DNA from: a virus
Lineage: Duplodnaviria > Caudoviricetes
IMG/VR virus record: IMGVR_UViG_3300005805_009498
Span: 1-64,000 of that record
Length of the DNA stretch: 64,000 nucleotides
Reading direction: 5' to 3' (one strand)
In this document: piece after piece, positions 27,436 through 37,374 of the stretch
Layout: each line of letters opens with the position of its first letter
Position numbering within the stretch: position 1 is the stretch's first letter
The notes under the pieces: model-generated
What the model was told of the DNA's origin: nothing
What the model saw: only the letters and a program-made list of their open reading frames with translations
Database searches by the model: none
Position numbers and translations under genes: made by a program

Positions 27436-29685
27436 TTAGAAAAATGTGTTAAAAGTTCCTTGATCGGAGAATCCACTGTATCCTCCGGTAGAATCGTTGA
27501 ATCCCATTATCTCCTCGAGAAATATTGTGTTGGGAAGAACGTTTTCTATTATAGTGCTGCTGCTTGTCGTCTCAACATATTTCCACGTTGAAGAATTATG
27601 AGGTTTGTACCTAAACACATATCTATTAAATCTTTTATTTTCCTGTATTTGTAATCTGACGGAAAATACGCAGTTTAAAAGATTGTGTTCAAGAATCTCT
27701 TCCTGTGTAAGGTTAGAGATATAGTAGTTTAAAGATATCGGTATATTTATTTGATCCACCTCGGAAATAACGTACCATTTTGATCCTGAGGCACTTGCAC
27801 CGGTGGGTTTAAAGGAAACCATAGCGTCTAATACACCGTTATCAAAGGATAGAACGATTGCTTTGAAGTAGTCTATTCCGTAATTTCCTGATTTAACATC
27901 TATTAACGATTTAGATACGTATATCGTGTCTCCTTTTTTGTATTCGAACTGGTAAGGAATTTCCAGGTTTATTGTCACCTTTGATCCCGCCTTTATCTTT
28001 TTGAGATTTAAAGGCGTAGTAGGAGGTATAGATGAGGTCCATGAAGAACCGCCGTTAGATGTCGTCTTTATGTAGGTGTCATTTCCAGAAGACCAGAACA
28101 AGGAAGTGTTTAACATCTGTACGGAATAGAGGCTTCCGTAACCTGAAATCGTTGAAGGGTTCCAATTTATCCCTCCGTCGGTTGTTTTTGTGACAGAGCC
28201 GTTATTTCCAACACAAATCCCAACGTTTCCTATGAACCATACAGAGCGAAGATCATTGCTTGTTCCTGAATTTCTTGTAGTCCAAGAGTCTCCATCGGTG
28301 TTTGTTCTTATTATGGTTCCGTTCTTTCCACATGCATATCCTCTAGTTGAGCTCGTAAAAAACACGCCAAGAAGATCCTGCGACGTACCCGATACAGATG
28401 TTTTGTCCGTCCATGTCGATCCACCGTCCTCTGTCTCTATGACAGTACCGGAGTTTCCAACTGCCCATCCTGTCAAAGAATCTATAAAATGAACCGAGTT
28501 AAGGTTGGTTACTACACCAGAAGTCTGACTAGACCATAATGATCCGTCCGAGGTTCCGTACAGTACTTCCCCGTTTGATCCTACTGCCCAAATGTTATCT
28601 TCGTCCAACAGGGTTATAGAATGTAGGTTTTCGTTTGTTCCCGAATCTATTTCTTCCCAAGTTTCACCGCTGTCGGTTGTTTTAAATATTGATCCTGAAT
28701 TTCCAACAACAAAACCAGTATACATTGATTGTGAGTTAATGGTGTCCATAAATGCAATCGATCTTGGCGTGTTCTTCATTTCCTTCGGGGTCACTAGCTT
28801 CCATGTAGATCCGGAGTTAGTTGTTTTTAAAACCACCGGATGTCCTTCGTTGTTTGTTCCTACAGTAAATCCCAACGAAGAGTTAATGAAAAATATAGAG
28901 TAAAATAGATCACCCGGTGTCATGTCGCTTATTTGGCTACGATATGTCGGTGTTCCGTCTATGATCACCTCAAACCCTGATTCTGGGTTGTCCCTTCTTT
29001 GAAGCCTCAAACTGTTTCCTTTTATCAGTTGAGGATAAGAAAGCACGCTTTCTGGTGATTCTATCCATAAACTTCCGTTTGAGCTGTAAGACAACAAAGG
29101 CTTGTTTATTATCTTCGATAGATCCTTTGCATTAAAATTTACCTTACGGATTATATCGTTATCGATATCAAAAACAGATCTATTTGCGTATTCGGTTAAA
29201 GGACTCGAAGAAATGAAGTATACCTGTTCCCCGAGCTGTATGGAATCAACATACTTGGAAAACACATTAGAATATGTCGAATCGGCGACAAGAACCTTTG
29301 TTATGTTTCCGTATGTCGGATCTGTAACGTCTTGAGTGTCAACTATTACCAAATCGAACACGCTTAGGTCCAACTCGTTCACAAAAAATATCCACCTTCC
29401 GCCGTTTAACAAGTTTCCTTCTTGGTTTCCGTTATTAACAAAACCATCGATCCATATTTCATATAGATATCCGCTTGTAGAATAGTTTCCTCCCTGTTGA
29501 TTCAGCGTGTAGGAAGAAAAGACAGAATCTATCGTTAGGGTTTTTGAAACCCTAAGTATTTCCCCCGTTGAAGATTTCCATCTTACAACATTTGCGTTTG
29601 ACACCGGAGAAGGACCTGATGGATTTCCATCCTCAAGCCCTGGACTGTATCCAAACGGATCTTTGCATGTTAGTTGATTGGACAT
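27436..29685 (-). CDS. YCF48/BNR (Asp-box) repeat beta-propeller protein, probably virion-associated
   Basis: Repeats such as LNSVHFIDSLTGWAVGNSGTVIETEDGGSTW and IFKTTDSGETW; FnIII-like C-terminus. Confidence 0.8.
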   Translation of the reverse strand: MSNQLTCKDPFGYSPGLEDGNPSGPSPVSNANVVRWKSSTGEILRVSKTLTIDSVFSSYTLNQQGGNYSTSGYLYEIWIDGFVNNGNQEGNLLNGGRWIFFVNELDLSVFDLVIVDTQDVTDPTYGNITKVLVADSTYSNVFSKYVDSIQLGEQVYFISSSPLTEYANRSVFDIDNDIIRKVNFNAKDLSKIINKPLLSYSSNGSLWIESPESVLSYPQLIKGNSLRLQRRDNPESGFEVIIDGTPTYRSQISDMTPGDLFYSIFFINSSLGFTVGTNNEGHPVVLKTTNSGSTWKLVTPKEMKNTPRSIAFMDTINSQSMYTGFVVGNSGSIFKTTDSGETWEEIDSGTNENLHSITLLDEDNIWAVGSNGEVLYGTSDGSLWSSQTSGVVTNLNSVHFIDSLTGWAVGNSGTVIETEDGGSTWTDKTSVSGTSQDLLGVFFTSSTRGYACGKNGTIIRTNTDGDSWTTRNSGTSNDLRSVWFIGNVGICVGNNGSVTKTTDGGINWNPSTISGYGSLYSVQMLNTSLFWSSGNDTYIKTTSNGGSSWTSSIPPTTPLNLKKIKAGSKVTINLEIPYQFEYKKGDTIYVSKSLIDVKSGNYGIDYFKAIVLSFDNGVLDAMVSFKPTGASASGSKWYVISEVDQINIPISLNYYISNLTQEEILEHNLLNCVFSVRLQIQENKRFNRYVFRYKPHNSSTWKYVETTSSSTIIENVLPNTIFLEEIMGFNDSTGGYSGFSDQGTFNTFF

Positions 29686-32600
29686 CCTTGGAACTGTAAT
29701 GTTTCAAATGAATCGAACACCGTGATGAAACCTTTCTTGTTTATCGTTTTTGTGTTTCCGTTTAGGTCGATCACCTCGGCCTCAACGTCAAAATCCCCGA
29801 CCGAATCAAACGTCCAAACAAAGTAAGGATTCTTTGTTTTTAATAGAAGAACCCCCGTCTCTGAATCTGTAAGCTTCCATATTACGTCAACCACCCCAGA
29901 TATCTGACAATTTGCAAGGTTGAAGAACACGGTAGAAAGGGTTAACGCATCAACATGATCGTATCCTATGTAGGTTTCATTCCAGTTGAAGCTTCCATTT
30001 AGATACGGACCGTATTGAGATTTCATCAAGGCCGGAAGATTTCCGTTACACGTATCGAAATATTTTACAGGAGGAAATGTAAATCCGCCCTCTTCCCATG
30101 CCCTGTAATTTGACTCCTCTCGTGGATCATAGTTTCCTATGTTATCGGTGTCTCTGTATTTTCTAAAATCGTAAACCGGATATGTGTGAGAACGTGTTGG
30201 GAAATTTCTATAAATTCCTGTTACACCACCATCGAACTCTATGTAACCCAAAGCATTCACACCTGGGACCTTTGCGGTTGCCAGTATCACATAAGTCGGT
30301 GGAACATAAATCTCTCTAGGAGGGGTTGCAGTTCCATCGAAAACCAATGTTTGCGGTATTTGTCCCCATGGGGTAAAAAACACACGGTAATCAGTGAAAT
30401 CGGTTATTGATGAGTATTCTATGCTGTCTTCTACATTTATGACTATTTCGCCTATCGAGTTGAATTCCGCTCCTAGAGATGATATCGTGAGTTCTATGGT
30501 TTCGCTGTTATCGGATTTCACGACCTTTATCGTGTTTCCCGGAGAGAAATAGGGAAGACCTGATATGTCTTTATCAAAATCAAAGTTTACTGTAGGAGAA
30601 ACCGAAGAATCCGAAGAGTTATCGTTTAGAAAATACCCATCGTTTACCTCATAGCTTATTGATGTATAGTACGGCCACACGTTGCTCGCAGGATCGGGTA
30701 AAACCCTAATTATTCCCATGGTTTCGTTGTAAACGGCTATTGTGTAGTTGAACATTGAAATCTCTTGGATTTGGGATTCCTTAAGAGATTGAAGCGCATC
30801 TCCCATCGTCATATACTGATCGTTTGGAAATTCAAATAGTTCTCCGTCGTTTATACGTATTGAACCCCCAGGAGAAACAGTGTTTATGATGAAACCACAT
30901 GTATAACTTGGATGATAGTCAAATGATCCCCATGTTCTAGAAAAAGCATTTTTCCATTGAACAGGTAAAGACGACCATTTATTCACAGATAGTATTCCCG
31001 CCCATTTTTCGGCGTAGTCTACGTCAAACTCGGAAAAATCTATTGAATAGCTAGTATCAACGTTTGGCAAAAGATTTGCTGGGTCCTCCACTACAACGTT
31101 TGTATAAGAACCATCAAAAAATACGTTGGACACATGGAACGATATCCCTGCGTTTACATTTCCCCAATATGCAAGTACTTCGTTTGTTGCAGGATCCGGT
31201 AACTTTTCTAACGTCTTATCAGGATCATTAAAAAATATCGAGGTCCTTCCGTTATATGCGTTTGTTGTTCCAGGCGTTAGTCTTGTAGAAAAGTTAAAAT
31301 ACCTAAGTGTACAACCGTCAACCGAAGGAATTATAGACCCACCGGTCTGAGAGGTAGATATGTTGAAATTAGAATACCTTCTGTCCGTGGTTTTAAATTC
31401 AACCTCAGTTTTATCGGTCGTTACGTTATAATAACTGTAGGTGGCTATGGCATCGGAAAATTCTACATCTCCGTTTAACATTATTTCTATGCTTAACCCA
31501 GTTCTGATCCATTTAGTTAGATTTCCATCTAACTCTGTTTTGTATTTAGGATAATAACCCGCCTCGCTTATTTCCGGGGTCATTGAATTAAACGTTAAAG
31601 AGTCTAAAGTAACCCTAGATATTATAGATATCAGTTTTCCTTTTATTACGGAATCTTGGTATTCTCCACCTACGTATAGAGTTTTTTTCGCAGAATCATA
31701 AGACATCACATTTGTTGATGTTCTTGATTCCGGACCCTTAAATATAACTATCTGATCCTTTGTCAACGCAGTCCTTGCGCTGGTATCAGGTTTATAATAG
31801 TTTCCAAACAACAAAACAGTTTTGTTTTCGTAATCTATGTCCGCTATCTGTGCATTTTCTACCTCGTCCAAGAAGTCCTGGTCAAAATACCTAGAGGAGT
31901 TTATGTCTGCCCATCTTATTACCGATTGCTCCCAAGTGGTGTTTTTAAACCTTCTTGGAGATGATCTTCTAGATGTTCTACGCTTTCTTGTTGGTCTAAG
32001 AACCCCTTGGTTTCTAGTTGCCCATGACCAGTTTCCTTCTTGCCATGTTCCGTATATTTCGTTCCATTCATCAACGGTATTAGAAGCACGATAAAACCCA
32101 ACGAGGTTTGACGATTTCATGTTTGCAATAAAGGCTGATCTTATCAATCTTGATTGAACGCCGCTACTAGTAAGATAGTACGCAAGTTCTACATCGTACG
32201 TTCCCTCGTAAGGAACGATGACCTCGTGTACAGTCAGCTCGCTTAGCTTTCCTCGTTTAACATATGTGAAGGGCCTTGCGTTTCCTGTGGAATTTATCCT
32301 CCATTCCATCTCATAGACGTCTCCGTCAGAAAGACCTCCCCATGTGAACTGGCTTCCAGGAAGAACGTCTTCAGATTCCTGAAGTTTGTTCCAGGACATA
32401 CCAAGATCCTTCCAATAAAGCTTAAACGTTTCTGCTGTACAAGTTACCTTTGCTCCGATTTTTTGAATTCCGCTTTCTAAAAACGTTGGAGCATTTTTGT
32501 TTACGTAAAAACTAGAAAGCTCATAGTTCGAAAGATCGGAAACGCTGTATGCAGAAAGCTCTTCTATCGAAAGACCCTCTCCTATTGGGTTTGTTTTTTT

Positions 32601-34709
32601 ATACGGATTGTCTTGATCTTCTATGTAAGCTATCGTTGGTTCAACCTTAAACTTTATGTCAAGATAATCCGGTGATGCAACAACGTATTGGTTTTGCGTT
32701 AACCATGATTCTGTTGCGTATGTGTCAAAATAGACGCCTTCTCCCGTTATGTCAACTATTCTTGCGTTTAAGGGAAGAAAATATTTCTTCAAAACGTTTT
32801 TTAGGGAAAAAAGCTTTATCAGTATTTCTTCGTTTGTGAACTGAAACGCATCTTGCGTTATCGGTTCACCGTTATCGTCAAAGGTTCCGGTCAACTTGTT
32901 TATGTCATAAACAAGACTAAACTTGCTAGTTTTTTTCCATACCTGACTTGGAACCAAGGAATCGCTGTTTATCCCCTTTAAATTAAGAGGTACCTCGGTC
33001 TGTTTATACTTCCCATAAAGAGAAGAAGTAATGTCTATGTTTTTCCAATATTCCTTTAGCCTAAGATCTCCATACCCGAAAAACTTTAGCGCATTTATGA
33101 ACCCTTTATAGGAACCAGTGTAAGGAAATATCTCTTCTCCTGCAGCAAGTAGTTCTTTTCTCTTTTCGTTTATTATTTGATAGTCTGGAAGGGCCTCGTT
33201 TACGTCTGCGTTTCTAAACACCGGTCCAACCTCAGGAACTATATCATTTCCAAAGTTTTCCAGTATGAGTTTAAATCTTTCATCCTCTCCCTCAACTTCA
33301 CCATAAACTGCAATTTCTGCAACCTTCTGCGATTCTTCTATAAGGTTCCATTCAACTACCACACACGAAGAAGCAGCAGGAACGTAACCGTTCTTATTAT
33401 TACCGAAGAAAACATTTAATTCTGACGAGTTGCTTTTTTGTATGCTTACCACCGATTCTTTTGGATCATAATCCTCTATCTTATCGATGATCTTCATCGA
33501 GGTGAGCTGCTGATCTGTCACCAATATTCTATACGAAGAGAAATCTGTTATAGAGGAAAAGAAAGAATTGTCCTCGATATCGACTATCATGATATCTGTC
33601 GATGTATTGTAATTGCTACCTATTACTGTGCAGAAAAATATCGAGGAAGGGCTGTTGTTTTTTATTATTGCTACGGTAGAACCAGGCTGTAAACGTGACT
33701 CGGATTCAAAACTTCTTGGAGAAGAAAACTCCGCAGACATCGAACCCGGAGTTATGCTAGAGCTTGATAGAAGCTGAAACCCTGACTGTGGTTGCGCAAC
33801 ATAGATGTTAAAATAATAATCGCTTGGATTAAAGGAAGAGTTTACATCTATCGGATAAATCTGGTTATTTAAACCGGTTCCGGTGAAAACCTGTCTTTGT
33901 GTTTCCGATACAGAGGTGAGGTTTGTATAGTATATCTCGAGGGTCCTTGCATACCTCGATTCCTCTTCCGAAAACAGACCCAGGTTCAATTGCATGACCC
34001 TGGAATCTATTTGGGTTCCGTCTTCTATTATTCTAAACAGGCTTGCATCAGGATCCACCGCGATTGGTTCACCCCCGGAAAAGGTAACGCCCTCTATGGC
34101 ATCGCTTGATCCATTATCCAGGTTTACGTCCTGATACTCGAGTCTTTTTATTAGAGGATAATCCCCAGCAGTGTCTACATCAAAAATGAAAAGGTTGTCT
34201 TTGGCTATTCCCTCTCTCCACTTTACGCTAAAATACGAGTTTTCTGCGCCTCTCGGGAATGTGTAAACATATGCTTCTATTTTCCACGAGGAAATAGTGC
34301 CTGATCCAAATTTTGAAATCGCCCTAACATAAAGAGAACCATCACCTGGATTATATCCCTGTACAGAAGCTACGAAATAATTAGACTCATCTGATTGATC
34401 TATTACCTTGACTTGTTGCCCAGGGTAATAAATGCGATCGAGCAAGTCGATATCGCTTGGATCCGCGTTAACATTTAACGTGACTATTCCACTCAGCCCT
34501 ATCGGTAAGGTACCAAGGTTTATTGATTGAGAAAAAGAATATTCATACTTTACCTGTTCGGCAATGAAGATGTGTTGTACTTCATATAGAGATGTGGAAA
34601 CCCTAGGAAAATAGAGCATTCCATACCACACACCGTATGTCCTACTTAGGTTAAGTTCATTACCTTCTTTATCGAAAAATTTAAGGTGACGACCTACCTC
34701 TATAAGCAT
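29670..34709 (-). CDS. Large baseplate wedge-associated protein (1679 aa) with PKD-like domains
   Basis: YTGSYKGFINALKFFGY motif of wedge/tail-I-like proteins; PKD-like segments (GTYDVELAYY; WTFDSVGDFDVEAEVID). Confidence 0.55.
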   Translation of the reverse strand: MLIEVGRHLKFFDKEGNELNLSRTYGVWYGMLYFPRVSTSLYEVQHIFIAEQVKYEYSFSQSINLGTLPIGLSGIVTLNVNADPSDIDLLDRIYYPGQQVKVIDQSDESNYFVASVQGYNPGDGSLYVRAISKFGSGTISSWKIEAYVYTFPRGAENSYFSVKWREGIAKDNLFIFDVDTAGDYPLIKRLEYQDVNLDNGSSDAIEGVTFSGGEPIAVDPDASLFRIIEDGTQIDSRVMQLNLGLFSEEESRYARTLEIYYTNLTSVSETQRQVFTGTGLNNQIYPIDVNSSFNPSDYYFNIYVAQPQSGFQLLSSSSITPGSMSAEFSSPRSFESESRLQPGSTVAIIKNNSPSSIFFCTVIGSNYNTSTDIMIVDIEDNSFFSSITDFSSYRILVTDQQLTSMKIIDKIEDYDPKESVVSIQKSNSSELNVFFGNNKNGYVPAASSCVVVEWNLIEESQKVAEIAVYGEVEGEDERFKLILENFGNDIVPEVGPVFRNADVNEALPDYQIINEKRKELLAAGEEIFPYTGSYKGFINALKFFGYGDLRLKEYWKNIDITSSLYGKYKQTEVPLNLKGINSDSLVPSQVWKKTSKFSLVYDINKLTGTFDDNGEPITQDAFQFTNEEILIKLFSLKNVLKKYFLPLNARIVDITGEGVYFDTYATESWLTQNQYVVASPDYLDIKFKVEPTIAYIEDQDNPYKKTNPIGEGLSIEELSAYSVSDLSNYELSSFYVNKNAPTFLESGIQKIGAKVTCTAETFKLYWKDLGMSWNKLQESEDVLPGSQFTWGGLSDGDVYEMEWRINSTGNARPFTYVKRGKLSELTVHEVIVPYEGTYDVELAYYLTSSGVQSRLIRSAFIANMKSSNLVGFYRASNTVDEWNEIYGTWQEGNWSWATRNQGVLRPTRKRRTSRRSSPRRFKNTTWEQSVIRWADINSSRYFDQDFLDEVENAQIADIDYENKTVLLFGNYYKPDTSARTALTKDQIVIFKGPESRTSTNVMSYDSAKKTLYVGGEYQDSVIKGKLISIISRVTLDSLTFNSMTPEISEAGYYPKYKTELDGNLTKWIRTGLSIEIMLNGDVEFSDAIATYSYYNVTTDKTEVEFKTTDRRYSNFNISTSQTGGSIIPSVDGCTLRYFNFSTRLTPGTTNAYNGRTSIFFNDPDKTLEKLPDPATNEVLAYWGNVNAGISFHVSNVFFDGSYTNVVVEDPANLLPNVDTSYSIDFSEFDVDYAEKWAGILSVNKWSSLPVQWKNAFSRTWGSFDYHPSYTCGFIINTVSPGGSIRINDGELFEFPNDQYMTMGDALQSLKESQIQEISMFNYTIAVYNETMGIIRVLPDPASNVWPYYTSISYEVNDGYFLNDNSSDSSVSPTVNFDFDKDISGLPYFSPGNTIKVVKSDNSETIELTISSLGAEFNSIGEIVINVEDSIEYSSITDFTDYRVFFTPWGQIPQTLVFDGTATPPREIYVPPTYVILATAKVPGVNALGYIEFDGGVTGIYRNFPTRSHTYPVYDFRKYRDTDNIGNYDPREESNYRAWEEGGFTFPPVKYFDTCNGNLPALMKSQYGPYLNGSFNWNETYIGYDHVDALTLSTVFFNLANCQISGVVDVIWKLTDSETGVLLLKTKNPYFVWTFDSVGDFDVEAEVIDLNGNTKTINKKGFITVFDSFETLQFQGCPIN

Positions 34710-34788
34710 ATTAATTTGATTTAACGGTTGTAGTCGTTAGAAAATTTTCCAGGAAATTCGCATCCTCTGTGTACAAGAAATTGTTTCA

Positions 34789-35610
34789 TTACATTTCCTG
34801 TATTATTGCACCATAAAGGTTCAATATAATCCACTGTGAACCGGTCCATGCAAGCTCTACGCAGCTGTTAAAAACGTTTGTGCTTGATGAACCATCGTTC
34901 TTACAGATAAGAATTCCTTGGTTTCCTACAGAAGAAGAATCAACCCCTAATATTGTACCTCCGGTTGGGGCCATTAAGTAATGTTCCGCAGTATTTGTAA
35001 CATCACTATCAAGGGTTGTAACTATGGTTATCCTTTGACCTATGTCCCCTGTGTTGGGAAGCCTAACGTCCTTTATGTTATAACCATCAGCAGTGTTTGT
35101 TGGGTCGTATTCGTTTGTCCACTGTAAAAGAAAAACGCTAGATCCCGCAGTCACTAAATTTCCAGTTGTTCCAGAGACGGTTGCGTATGAATCTTGATCG
35201 TACGCAGGAACGAATGCGTTGGAGAAACCGGTCTGGATGTATGATCCGGAAACAGAAATTCCACCGGTGCTGGTTATTTTATTCGCAGAATTAGTTAGGT
35301 TTATGTTTCCACCCGAAACAGTTATCCCGTTTGTGACAACCAAGGAATTGGTTGTCAATGTCTGCCCAACACCAAGATTTCCGTCAACATCTGCGGAATT
35401 TTCAACACTTAGTCCTATAGTAGTAAAAGGATCGGTTGAAAGTTTCTGTACCGTAACAGAGTTAGCAGTAAAATCACCGGTTGTTGTATCAAGGTAATTA
35501 TCTGTTATGGTATCCACTGCTGTTTTTAGCGCAGAAAAATTATTGTTAAGGGTTATTCTGGACGCTGCAATTTCGTCCGTTTCTAGTATTTCTGTTATTG
35601 TTACTGACAT
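34789..35610 (-). CDS. Putative short fibre/structural protein
   Basis: N-terminal SRITLNNNFSAL helix similar to that of the collagen protein; beta-helix-like T/G/V-rich middle. Confidence 0.5.
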   Translation of the reverse strand: MSVTITEILETDEIAASRITLNNNFSALKTAVDTITDNYLDTTTGDFTANSVTVQKLSTDPFTTIGLSVENSADVDGNLGVGQTLTTNSLVVTNGITVSGGNINLTNSANKITSTGGISVSGSYIQTGFSNAFVPAYDQDSYATVSGTTGNLVTAGSSVFLLQWTNEYDPTNTADGYNIKDVRLPNTGDIGQRITIVTTLDSDVTNTAEHYLMAPTGGTILGVDSSSVGNQGILICKNDGSSSTNVFNSCVELAWTGSQWIILNLYGAIIQEM

Positions 35611-35626
35611 CTTTACCTTAATTTTT

Positions 35627-35635
35627 GTATATATT
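35627..35635 (-). promoter_or_regulatory. Candidate late-promoter variant AATATATAC
   Basis: Intergenic, 16 nt upstream of the ATG at 35610. Confidence 0.4.
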
Positions 35636-35638
35636 TGT

Positions 35639-37360
35639 TCAAGTCAATTTTAATTTCTTTATCTTTTCTATCGCCATTTTGTTATAGATTGATTCGCTTA
35701 TAACTTCCTTTATCTCAATGTTAAGAGAACACGGTACTTCAAAATCTAGTGTGTCGTTGAAGTAGTTTCCGTACCTATCATACCAGCCTCCTCTTACCAA
35801 TGGGAGTTCTCCTTTTCCTATTATGACATCTCCTTGACTATCTATGCCTATATCGGCAGGCTCAGGTACACCGGGGGTGGTAGCCAATTTTTGCAACCAT
35901 TCGGCTTTTGCCCTTTCGTTTTCCTCGCATAGGAATTTAACGTTCACGGAATCTATTCCCTTTATTCCCTCTAAAATTGCAACTATATCACTCTGCGGTA
36001 TTCTGTCCCTTCTAACAAACGAAAGCAAATAACGATTCAGCTTTGAAACAATTTCAGATTTCAAGAGGTCTATTGATACGTTATCAAAAACGACCAGACT
36101 TATGTTCATAACATATCTCTTTAAAACCGGTCTAAGAATTCTCATTTCCGAGGTGACTAACATAGACCCTGATTCTTGTACGTAATCTCTTATCTTGTTT
36201 ATTTCATCATCAAACAGGGTGAATTTATCCAGATCTACGGTGAAGTAGTTTTCGTTTGTCTTTAATCTTTTCTGTATTTCTGGCACAAGATACACATAAA
36301 CCACGTTGTCGTCTTCTAGGTAATCGTCACCAAACGTGTCGAACGCATCGACTATAGAAAAGTAGTTTAATTTTTGTAGGAAATAGACGTAGTTTTCCGG
36401 TCTTGCCAAGACAAACGACCTTGAGGCCTTTGGTGCTATTATTTTTGTTAGTTCTATTGGTTCAGAAAACGAACCTAACACCACCCTCGATGCTAACGCT
36501 ATGTTTATTCCGTTGTTAACGTCTATTGTGTTACCAACCGCATCGAAGACAGAGTCTATGAATTTAAACTTTGCCTTTTCGGTAAAATCTATGATGTTTC
36601 CAAACGCACCATCGGTTACAAGATATTGAATGGTTATAGTTGAACCTACCGGTGGCCTCTTTCCGTACTGTTCGTTTCCAAATATTACGTCTATTCCGTT
36701 ATTTAGAGATGTCTTTACCAAACACCCTGGAGTATCTAAAGGAATATCGTATAAGCTATCATAGATTGCGTATTCTTCTCCGTTTACGTAAACATTAACA
36801 TAGAAATTATCGATGTTGTTATTGTTCTTTACCACAGCATTGAACGTTTGTAAGGATTGCCCGGTTCCGGTAAAAGACTGGGTCTCTACTTTTCCCTGGA
36901 CCATCTTTACCCTAACGGAGTTTCTTTGACCTATGTTCATTCTTATTTCTTCCCTTGGGGCAAGAATCGAGTAGTAAAGACCGTTATTCAAACACTGTAT
37001 GGTTGTAAAATTCGGTATAACGACCTGGTTGTTTGCTGCCTGTATTGTTTCCCCCGTAAAGGTGAGATCTATGTCTCCTGTTGCAGCTATTGCCCTGGTT
37101 GGGTTGTGTCCGGCCAATCTTGCGAGACCGTAAATCGAACTTTTTCTGGTAGCGGTGTATATGTTTAACTCAGTTATGCTGTCTTCTATGTAGAAAAAGA
37201 CCTTTTGCGTGAACGCAGATATTGCAATTAATAATTGACCGTATGCAGAAGAAGGACCAAAAACCGATCCTGACTGTGAATACGCGTTCGAAAAATAGGT
37301 CTTGGCATCAGAATAAACCTGAGAAAAGAGTACCCTTATTTTATTTAGAAGTTCGTTCAC
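35639..37360 (-). CDS. gp6: Baseplate wedge protein (T4 gp6/baseplate J-like)
   Basis: TATRKSSIYGLARLAGHNP, TGTGQSLQTF, IFGNEQYGKRPP, YLVTDGAFGN, SFVLARPENY. Confidence 0.75.
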   Translation of the reverse strand: MNELLNKIRVLFSQVYSDAKTYFSNAYSQSGSVFGPSSAYGQLLIAISAFTQKVFFYIEDSITELNIYTATRKSSIYGLARLAGHNPTRAIAATGDIDLTFTGETIQAANNQVVIPNFTTIQCLNNGLYYSILAPREEIRMNIGQRNSVRVKMVQGKVETQSFTGTGQSLQTFNAVVKNNNNIDNFYVNVYVNGEEYAIYDSLYDIPLDTPGCLVKTSLNNGIDVIFGNEQYGKRPPVGSTITIQYLVTDGAFGNIIDFTEKAKFKFIDSVFDAVGNTIDVNNGINIALASRVVLGSFSEPIELTKIIAPKASRSFVLARPENYVYFLQKLNYFSIVDAFDTFGDDYLEDDNVVYVYLVPEIQKRLKTNENYFTVDLDKFTLFDDEINKIRDYVQESGSMLVTSEMRILRPVLKRYVMNISLVVFDNVSIDLLKSEIVSKLNRYLLSFVRRDRIPQSDIVAILEGIKGIDSVNVKFLCEENERAKAEWLQKLATTPGVPEPADIGIDSQGDVIIGKGELPLVRGGWYDRYGNYFNDTLDFEVPCSLNIEIKEVISESIYNKMAIEKIKKLKLT

Positions 37361-37374
37361 CCTTTACTAATTTT

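Noticed and set aside
34710-34788. 79-bp intergenic gap as a possible ncRNA or terminator
   Set aside because: Only a weak imperfect inverted repeat; no tRNA or known RNA features
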